DNA of 57,392 bases, counting the filler, from Platydemus manokwari (taxonomy: Eukaryota): NCBI GenBank assembly GCA_037951405.1. It is 6 parts of 6 records of this genome, joined end to end, with 100 filler letters (N's around TTAATTAATTAA, not from the genome) between each part and the next. Parts side by side here need not be neighbours in the genome. Positions count along the whole stretch, not along the records: positions 36,802 to 46,275 come from JBBMOY011243763.1; positions 46,376 to 57,392 come from JBBMOY010972195.1; 4 more parts are not named here. One strand, given 5' to 3'. The notes under the pieces are model-generated. The model ran no database searches, had not been told where the DNA came from, and saw nothing but the letters and a program-made list of their open reading frames with translations. A program made the position numbers and the translations under genes. This document shows, in pieces, positions 41,001-50,703 of the stretch. Positions within the stretch are counted from its first letter, which is position 1, and each line of letters opens with the position of its first letter.

Positions 41001-41270
41001 TTATCACGTATTCATTATCATTGAACAATTGTAACTCGTAATTATCAGAATTTGTTTCATCATCAATATAGTCCAAATTATTTTCATTTTCTAATTCCTC
41101 AACTATTAACTGTGATTCCGGTTCAAAAAGGTGATTTGCAATCATGAAGTTTCCTATTATCTCCTTCACTGAGTTTAATTCCTGTATTTCATCTTCTTTA
41201 CTAACTACACATGTTATCCTTTTTTCTACTTCTTTATTTTGTGTTTTCTTAATTGATTTATTTTCTCTTT
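38077..41270 (-). pseudogene. Decayed long intronless ORF(s) of an unidentified, probably mobile or viral, element
   Basis: Six consecutive minus-strand ORF fragments that read through across single stops and frameshifts; strongly A/G-rich sense strand, K/E/I-rich translation; no domain I can recognise. Confidence 0.5.
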
Positions 41271-44024
41271 CATCTCTTAATTGTACATACGTTTATTGGC
41301 AATGGCAGATTATAATGTTTCGCTTAAATGGCATACACTATCGTCGAGCAAATTTGGCTATCTTCGTCTTACGGCTTACTTAGTGATTTATAATAACGGG
41401 CTTCCAGCAATGGGCAGGTTTTGTTATTTTGAAACTCTATTTTTACTTTCCATGAACAAGTTTTATTCGTCATGCTTAAAGATTTAAATTGATACTTTAT
41501 TATTTTATCACTTAATGATTTTCTTTTATATGTTTAACTCTTATAAATTATTTTATTGGAAAAGGTTTTTTAAGTCCTAATTCCATTGCCAATTATATAA
41601 TTATATAATTTTACATAACATATAAATATATTTATAATTTCCCTAACCGTCTCTTAACCTTATTATAATTTTTATAATCAAATTCCATATTGTTACAAAT
41701 TTTTTACCATAACAAATTTATCGAAAAATATATTGTTACTTTTCAAACTAAATGAATGATACTAAAAATAACTTTATAAAATATTCATGCAAAAACAATA
41801 CAATAGGTGCTAAATATACATCCATACATAATACGATATACATTGATACGCAACTTGTTATAATATTCATAATTGATTGTTTTTTATTGTTTGTAATGTT
41901 CAAATCCACAACAATTCTGTGCACTTAATCGTGAGAGTCCTACAACTTATATATTAATTGCGATATAAATTAGTTTTTGATTTTTCGATATTAATTTAGA
42001 GTATTATTGTAGATTAAAATTGTGAATTTTATAAATTAATTCCATACCTTACGTCACTGTACATATTCAATACAGCAAATTATCAGCGATAATTTTTATA
42101 GTATAACACAAACCATTTAATAATATAATTATCACAGCTCAACTTTTACCGGAATATGGGAGCAATAATTATCAATTCATAAAAATATTTGAAATTTGAA
42201 ATAAACCGTTTTGTAAATCAACGCGTTATTAATACTTGTCTTAAGTTTGATAAACAAAAGATGTATAGATAGATAAGATATGGTCAGACTCTATTGTATA
42301 ATGAGTTCGATATATCCTTTTAATTTTACTTTGGGGAAAGAAACACCTCAATTCAAAATAATTATATTTAAATGTCACTCTTTGAAAAATAACTCAGACA
42401 AGATTTGCACCTTATTTTGTACTAAAAAGGAAAAGGGCTCAACTAGATAATAGTTGTAGCGTCAAGATTATTGATTTTTATATTTACTGCGTTGTTGATG
42501 AGAGCTGGAATCCATCGCTATTTTATAAAGTACTTGTCTATTATTTTTATAGTCAGTTACTTTCAAATAAATGATATGATAATATTAATGAGCATCATAG
42601 GCTTACATTTTGATACTTCAGTAAAAAATTTAGGTAGTTGCGTCATAACAAAAGAATCAGTGAATGAATAATAAAAAAACATCTTTAATAGTCAAAGTTT
42701 TCTTTATTTTTTTACATACAAATTATTATTCCCTTTTTTTCTCTAGTGATATAAAATTATCTTTGTATTTAATCCAACCGATAAATCATTTTTTTCATTT
42801 CTTGGAATTTATAAATAATTATGTTGAGGTTCGAGGATAATTTAATTCAAAGAAGACTATTAAAGACAGTAATAGGATATTTATGCAATAACTGTGGATC
42901 GATGTATGAAGGTATAAAATTATTGTTTAATTTGCTGTAACAATTTGAGCACAAATTATCATCATTATTATAATAATTTTATTTTTATGTAATATTTACA
43001 AAATGGCTTTATCAATTCCAGAAAGAAAACTCGATTGAAATATAGTTACCTATTAATACAAACTCCAGCATTAAAATTTCCTATAATAAATCTGCACATA
43101 AAAACAAATTCTAATAAAATAAATGCTAATAAATTGCTCGTTATCTATTATTGCGATAATGTTTAAACAAATAAATTATGTGGAATAAATTTAATAGCAA
43201 AATAAATATATACGTGCTTTTAAATTATATAGAATACATTTAATAGCGTATAGTAAATTTAATTTAATTTAATTGCAGAGATTATATTTCTACCTTAATA
43301 AATTTACAGCTAGAAATATACATGTCAGGCATTACATTAAATTTCGTAGAGAATGTCTACGAGTGACTCATCCATACCTCTAAAAGGCAGCGATCACATT
43401 ACACACGACACATTGTAGTCACATTGTACATTATAGAAAATTCCAATAGCGATAATTGATAATCTATGATTCTGGAAGATTTTGTGCCGGTGATTAGCAA
43501 CATGTTTACGGTTTTTTTCCAATATTATGAAGATGTCGTATAAACCTTAACCTGGAATTGATAAGATTAAAATCAATTGTAGACTCATATGCCAAAATAT
43601 TGCATGTCTTGTTATATCGGTGAAGTATAAAAGTATTATTTTATAATTTGTAGTTTAATAATATATTTTAGTTGTCTAATTTCGATTTTTGATTTTCATT
43701 CGATTTGTACGATAGTTATAACAGTTAATAACAGTTATAATAATATCATATCTAAGTGGTAGTCATAATAATTTGTGAAAATTAATTTAAATTTCAGCAA
43801 CCGTTTAAGTTAATAATTATGGTGTCAAATATTTAGATTTTAGGAATAAAATGATTATAGGTGCATTATTTAAGAATAACTTGACGACAGTGATAATGAT
43901 GGAATTCTACTAGCCTTTTAATAAATAGTATCTGGTGATAGATTATACGTGGTAATTCAGCTATGATAAATTCGGTTAAATACCTGTGTGTACTTTAGAT
44001 AATGATTACAATTAGAATAATGAT

Positions 44025-44926
44025 GATTCCACCAATAATCTGACTGTAATCAGTAATTAGGTTGCGCGTTTAATTCATATATAATATAATAACAATAGAA
44101 CACAAGGCTAATAATTCAAAATGATTCGTTTATTACAATATAAATTATCAAATGTTTAATGCGATACAAATTGACAGTGATTAGTGTTGTGCACTGAAGA
44201 GTTTTTAAACAAACCTGTGTAAGGAACTACCTGTCATCGTACTTCGGACAAGAAACTATGAGAGCTTTCGATTTTAATTATTGCAAACCTTTAAGGCTTT
44301 ACAATTTAATACCGTTGATTTACAAACCCTTTCGACAATAATTGTTAAATTAAATAGAATTACCGATTGCATAATGTAAATCCCGATTCCAAATTAAGTT
44401 GTATATCCGCTGCGTCACAATGATAAAAACCCTCATGACGATGGTAATAAAGTGTGAGAGTTCCCACTTGTCTGTGTTATCGTATAAGATTCCAAATTAA
44501 TGTCGAATCAACAGAATGGACAAAGAAATCCCAATATATGATTGCAAGAATTTCGTGAGGTTGTCGTAGAGAATTTATCTAGCGATGATTTCTGTCCGAC
44601 TTATCGGATGCTTTGTACGCGATGTTCTTGTCGTAAACTGTTCGTGTGAAATTTAGTCTGAATTCAACTGCAATGAACTCATTTTGAGTTGGAATTATAT
44701 ACCCAATTTTTTCGTGGGCTAATGATTCATTTCTAATAATTTTCAGCAGTTGTCATGGCAATTTTTTTAATTTAAATATTTTCCCGGGAAATTCAATATT
44801 TTTGTAGGGTATGGGAATTAATAATTTTATTATTTATAAGAATTAATTTTTTTTTAATTGTACTGATTCATCGACTGCATTATTTCGTCGGTTAGGAGTA
44901 TATTGTGAGTTTATGTATACCCAACA
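44025..44926 (-). mobile_element. LTR-like sequence plus PBS-like TGGTGGAATC, related to 16365-17260
   Basis: Shared blocks TTAGTGTTGTGC, GGAACTA, TACTTCGGACAA, ATTGCAAAC, TTATATACCC and GATTCCACCAAT; starts TGTTGGG on the minus strand. Confidence 0.6.
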
Positions 44927-46275
44927 ATAGTCAATTTGAAAATTAGTATTGATAATAGAGCAAATAAGGCCCGAAGCTAACAATATATTGATTTTTGAAT
45001 TTTACTTTAATATACTTGTAATTCATCTTTATTGTGTTAAGTAGGCCACAAAACAAGCAAAATATTCAAAGGAACCTTGGAAATAACTCTCAAATGTGCC
45101 AATAGTCAACTACTTTCTTCTCAAACATCAATTCATGTTTAAAATTCAATAACTGTCTGGTCTACATCAACAAAGGGTAACAAACATTGAAAGTCTCTAA
45201 TGGCACGAAAGATGTAAGAGAAATTCGTTAACAGACTGTTGTGTGAAAGACTCACCATTGAAAAGCGAAGGTTTTACAATCAACTGAACACACACGTTAA
45301 GACTATAAAAGGAGCTAGATTTCACGAACAATTTCCAGTCTTATTCTGTATGACTTTTACTTTATTTTTCTAACAACCAGTCTTTGTAGATGCCTTCTTA
45401 TATTTGTTCAACTTTTGAGTGCTGATCTCACTTTGAGTGACTATCTATAAATGGTCCTTTATAATTCTTAATCATTCTTGATGATGAGCTGAGTTTGTAA
45501 TTCATTGTGATTCAAATTAAAATATTGAGCCAATTAATCATCATCAAAACTATTGTAAATTATCCATATCATGTTTTCACAATAAATGTATATCTATAAA
45601 TTATTTATGTTATAATATAAGTTTTATTTTATTTGTATTAAAGTCTCTTTCCTTTTTTTGAAAACACCTAAATTATTGTAAAAATATTAAAACTAAATCA
45701 TTTTGTAGACAAAAACAAATTTTAACAAACCAATATTATTAAAATGTAAGTTAAATTAACTCATATTTTATAAATGCTGTTATATTTAATTTTGATTTGT
45801 CATTTATTGAATTGAATTGGATTTGGCTCACCCTTCTTCACTCATCCATCTCTATCTCAGGTTATTTTTCTCATTGTATATACGAAGAGACTATTTTATT
45901 TGGACTTTCATTTTTCTCATCTAATGCACTGTTTGTATCGGAGCTTTTAATGATTAATATTTTTGATATCTATGATTTAGGCTCCCTGAGAAAGAGAATA
46001 TATATATATATATAGAAATAAATAAAATAAAAATTAAATAACAAAACTCGAAATTAAGAATATTGATGCTAGAAATTGACCAAATAGGAAATGATTGTTG
46101 GTAAATAACACCAAAATAAAAAAATATATAAATAATTATTTAATTAAATTACTCAATTTCAAAATTATTATTAAGAAAAGGTGTCTAATCATATTGACCA
46201 AAATAACATAAACTTTGTAATTACTTGTATTGTTACTACCTATCATTGATATCCTTTGTGAAAATAATTTTATAA

Positions 46276-46375
46276 NNNNNNNNNNNNNNNNNNNNNNNNN
46301 NNNNNNNNNNNNNNNNNNNTTAATTAATTAANNNNNNNNNNNNNNNNNNNNNNNNNNNNNNNNNNNNNNNNNNNN
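46276..46375. other. Assembly spacer
   Basis: N44-TTAATTAATTAA-N44. Confidence 0.99.
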
Positions 46376-46386
46376 TATATTTACAG

Positions 46387-46522
46387 ATATGGAGGAGCTG
46401 AGGGATATTTGAAATCTTGTGGATTATCCAAAGAGCAAATTGGTAAAATAAAAATCAATTTATCTCGACCATTTGCTAAACCACCAGTATTTGGCATTGA
46501 AAATTCAGACGAAACCAAATAA
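46387..46522 (+). CDS. Last coding exon of a second Y_phosphatase3-family phosphatase paralog (upstream exons lost in the gap)
   Basis: TTACAG| then (R)YGGAEGYLKSCGLSKEQIGKIKINLSRPFAKPPVFGIENSDETK*; same acceptor phase and sequence start as exon 53277-53361. Confidence 0.85.
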
Positions 46523-47865
46523 TTGATAAATTTATTCTTATTTATTGATTTATAAAATATTTTTGTGCAAAAACTATTATTTCAATAAAACAATAAAAAT
46601 GATTCTTCAAATTTATTGATTGATTCCTAATAGTCATGATTAAGAAAGATTTATGAAAATTTGCTATATTTTATCTCTATAAGAAATCTGACCATATGAA
46701 CATCACGAACAAATTTGAAGATAAAACATTTTTTGTGTCCACATATCTGGTTTAGAAACAATCACTGTTTGGAACTGATACAACTCAATTCTGGAGGAAA
46801 ATGAATGTTAGAGGACTATCGATTTTAGAAATCTGTCATATCTTTGGTACGATAACGATCATTCTCTGTCAGGCTAACCTCGATATTATATTACTCTGTT
46901 ATTGTTTGAAAATTCTTATTCCCTAAGTGTATTAGCCTACAGTAGTCCACGACTGCAGTTCATATTATTCTGTATAAAACTACGCATTTTAAGTTTGTAA
47001 ACTTTCTCCAGAAATATATTGGCTGCAATATTTCCAGTTCTATCAATAAAGTTTCATTGGCAGTAATTGCAGAAATCGATCGTTCAATATACCTGGTAAT
47101 CTTTTGTAGATTCATTTTGACATTTCTCTGCACTTGCTGAGTGCTTTTTAATCCCCAGATTAGTTATAGTCTGGTCTTTAACATGGCCATCCAGGCCGTT
47201 ACATTTCTTGCACTGCGGCCAAGCACTTTCGGTGTAATATTTATCAACGTTATTTAACTTGCTGGCTTAGTATTCAGTGCAATTTTGTTAGGATCGTATG
47301 GTCTTATGTTTAGAAAAAATACCACCAATGTTAAATATTAACTCTTCAGGCTGAAAGGCTAATGATGTCAAGAATGACAAATGAGATGATGCTCAAGAAA
47401 GCAGTAATAAAAACAAATCATATTAATATGCTTCAAATAATGTCATTAATTTACATTTGGCATTATCCGAAGTAGTTAGGTTAATTCGTGAATTATAATT
47501 ATCACCCATAATTAAAATACAGCAAATATAACAGCTGGCAAAAAAAGAACCTTACATTTCAAGGTAAAAATAATCCATTTGTAAAGGTTATGAGGAAAGT
47601 TTACTTAGAGATAATCTCAAAATATTAATTAGGCACAAGTAATTATATAAAATTATAATAAAATAATAATTATTAATAATAATAATTTAATTTCGAATTA
47701 TTATCATGATGTTTAAACCTTTCAAATACTCAAAATAATTATCCAATCAAAATTTAATTATAATTGTTATTAATATTATTATAAATATTCAATCAATATT
47801 TCACAGAACAAAATATATTTCATTTTAAATTAACAGAGAACAGTTTTCATGTTTATTTCTTACAT

Positions 47866-49407
47866 TCACATCAAGCGAGCTAGATCTATCTTTTTCAATG
47901 ATTCTATTAAAAACTTTAATTTCTTATTATCCAATGTCAATGATCTTATTGAAAGCTTCTGTGTGATTATAATCAAATACTTTGCAAAACACTTCACAGT
48001 TTTTCGGAAAGTATAAATATGTTTAAATGCTTTGTCGAAATCTAGAATATCATCTGGAATCCATTCCTCGACGAGGACCAACATAAATTCACCTACTATC
48101 ATCACGATGCTATGCAGCATATCAATCATTGAGCTATCATTCTCTACAAGTTTAGTGATTTTATCAATATGAAATACATCGATTATTTCAATGTGCAAGA
48201 ATATATTGGTAATTTCCAATGAATGAGTCTTGATTCGTTTATCGGTTTGAATGTTTAAAAATTGATTCCTCAATGTTTCTAATAACTGAATTTTTTCGTT
48301 TCTAGTTTTATCTTCACATAATATTTCATCGACTGTCTCAAACAAATTTGGAAAATAAATTTGATATTTTCTCAATTTTGAAACCAAATCAATATTAAAT
48401 TCTACTAATTTTTTCATGTATTTATTGTTTATCACATTAGGATCTTTGACTAGATTATTGAAGTTGAATTCAATGATTTGATTATCAAAAGGACATCTAC
48501 CTTGACATGTGCCGTACTTATTGATGCATTTCCAACATATTTTGTGATCACAATAGCCAAATTTCGCAAAATTACAATGATTCAGTGCTCGAGAACACAC
48601 CAAACAATAATCCACATCACTTTCAGTAACATTTGGTTGATGAGATTGATAAAGTTCACTGTTATCTTTTACTTTGAAAATGATGAACCATGTTAACTGG
48701 TCTTCTATTGAATTAAGAATGAATAAATCTTTATTTATATTGGTCAATATTTTCTTAAGAATTACTCTGTGATCAATATCAGTTTCGTCTAACATTGAAA
48801 TAAACATCATTTCCCACCAATCATTGAAAAGCGTTATCATGTATTCAAATTTTGTTCCCGCATTCAATAAATGCTGGTGTCTACTTGTTGCTTGATCTTC
48901 TTGATTTGCCTTTCGTAAAATATTCATAAACAATTGCACTTTATTCCAAAGATCGTTATCACTCAAATCTTTTTTGTAGTTATATATTTTCATCCAAACC
49001 CTTTTAATATCAACAATATCCTCTGCATTGATATTCGATTCAATAGATAAGATATTTTCTATTTTTTCTTTACATTCGCTCAACAATACAGACAATGTGG
49101 CGACGTGTTCACTACACAGAGATGTACATTCTGACCAAAGTTTCTCAGTCAAATCTGTACCGACTTTGGTTTGACTTAAAGAGATGTATTGATATTCCAG
49201 TAGAGTCTTTTGAATATTATTAACAACGAGATGATTGACCGCCTGCTTATCAAATGGACACTGACAATTTTCCACCAACACAAGGGCAGCGGCGCAATCT
49301 ATACACACTTTGTGATTGCAATTTCCGAAAATAACAACATTAGAACCATCAAATATTTCATAACAAATCTGACAATTATCGTCTCCATCATTGTTTAAAT
49401 TTAGCAT
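47866..49407 (-). CDS. Intronless double-RING protein (two RING C3HC3D + helical modules), putative E3 ubiquitin ligase, 513 aa
   Basis: CQIC...FGNCNHKVCIDC...CPFD (aa 12-53) and CLVC...FGYCDHKICWKC...CPFD (from aa 268); uninterrupted 1542-nt ORF in very AT-rich DNA. Confidence 0.88.
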   Translation of the reverse strand: MLNLNNDGDDNCQICYEIFDGSNVVIFGNCNHKVCIDCAAALVLVENCQCPFDKQAVNHLVVNNIQKTLLEYQYISLSQTKVGTDLTEKLWSECTSLCSEHVATLSVLLSECKEKIENILSIESNINAEDIVDIKRVWMKIYNYKKDLSDNDLWNKVQLFMNILRKANQEDQATSRHQHLLNAGTKFEYMITLFNDWWEMMFISMLDETDIDHRVILKKILTNINKDLFILNSIEDQLTWFIIFKVKDNSELYQSHQPNVTESDVDYCLVCSRALNHCNFAKFGYCDHKICWKCINKYGTCQGRCPFDNQIIEFNFNNLVKDPNVINNKYMKKLVEFNIDLVSKLRKYQIYFPNLFETVDEILCEDKTRNEKIQLLETLRNQFLNIQTDKRIKTHSLEITNIFLHIEIIDVFHIDKITKLVENDSSMIDMLHSIVMIVGEFMLVLVEEWIPDDILDFDKAFKHIYTFRKTVKCFAKYLIIITQKLSIRSLTLDNKKLKFLIESLKKIDLARLM

Positions 49408-50175
49408 ATTTTCCGATTCCAGTAATTAATTAAATATTATTTAATCATTATTTAAACAAATAATTGATATTTATTAATCGATATCAAAATAATAATTTAA
49501 ATAAAAGTATTTGAAATTTATTTTAATCTGTTAATAATTTTAAAAAATGATCAAATCTGATATTTTTCATAAAAATAAATTGAACTCGATTATTTAAATA
49601 TTAAAATAATTATAATATTATTATTATATTTTTACTAAAAATTAATTTTGTATTTTCAAAACATTTTTAAAGTAATTTTTTAATAATAAAAATTTTTAAA
49701 TTTGATATTTAAAATTTCATTTTATAAAATCCAAAGATATGTATATGATAATTCTTGGATGGATTTTATATAATTCAATAAAAGATGTTCTCTCTGATAA
49801 TGACTTGTTATAATGTAGACAATGTCATTGTACGGGATTCTTTCATTGTTTGAAACAACATTATTATATTTCATGATTTTCTTTTAAATGAAGTTTAATC
49901 AAATAATTCAAAGAACTAATCAATTATTGTGAACTTGAATTATAGACTAATTATAGCTATGCATCACTTTTGATTGGTTTAAACATTCACCAATTATCAA
50001 ATGAATATCTTTGATGTATTTGTTTCTCATTTAGCACGTCTGTGTGTCTCATAAATTATATTGTGTGTACATATCAACGCAATAACACACAAATATAAAC
50101 ACGTGTCATCTTGTTATTATTTTGGTTATTTATTGTGCTTTATTCTCGAGTGTTTCATTCAATCAACATACATTA

Positions 50176-50703
50176 ATGGACTTTCCTTCTAATTTTAGAT
50201 CGGTTTTTCTAAATTCTTCCATAAATCATCATTCATCAAAATTATATAGGTCAAATACGTTCGATAATAGCACTTGTCAAGCTATTCAGTATTTACGTGA
50301 GACTATAGGAATCAAATCTTATGTGGATTTAAGAATTGAAAAGGAGTTTTCGCTGACCACTAAGCTTAATGATTTTTTCGTTTCCCGAAATCATGATGAA
50401 TTAGATCACAATATACTGGAACAGGATTCTATACAAGACGATTCATATCGATATCATATCGATATTTTCATATATGATTTCGATTATACAAAGGAAACAT
50501 TAGCACATTTCTACACAGAATTGTTGGATAAATGTCAAGAAAGATTTCGGAAGATTTTTATGATTATGATGCATTCAAAATGTTTTCCGATATTGATCTC
50601 GTGCCAAGCTGGTAAGGATCGAACAGCGATTGTGATTGCTGTTATTAAGGAATTGGCGGGATGTAGTGATGAAGATATCATAAACGATTATTGCAAAACT
50701 GAA
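50176..50703 (+). CDS. Phosphatase exon 1 (contains catalytic CQAGKDRT)
   Basis: ATG at 50176; donor GAA|GTAGGA at 50704. Confidence 0.88.

Noticed and set aside
41300-41420. GC-richer patch upstream of the unknown ORF as a ribozyme or ncRNA
   Set aside because: Only partial resemblance (CGAAAC); no complete consensus.
44185-44235. Hammerhead ribozyme-like CTGAAGAG followed by a short stem
   Set aside because: The GAAA core is missing (CAAAC), stems I and III do not form convincingly, and the related copy at 16.5 kb lacks CTGA.
46930-47230. Tc1-like transposase traces on the minus strand (RPGWP, GNIAANIFLE, FIQNN)
   Set aside because: Too degenerate to support without a profile search.
50122-50175. 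TTG-initiated N-terminal extension and read-through end (to 50736) of the phosphatase ORF in the ORF track
   Set aside because: Eukaryotic gene: ATG 50176 fits the family N-terminus, and the C-terminus is supplied by spliced exons 2 and 3.
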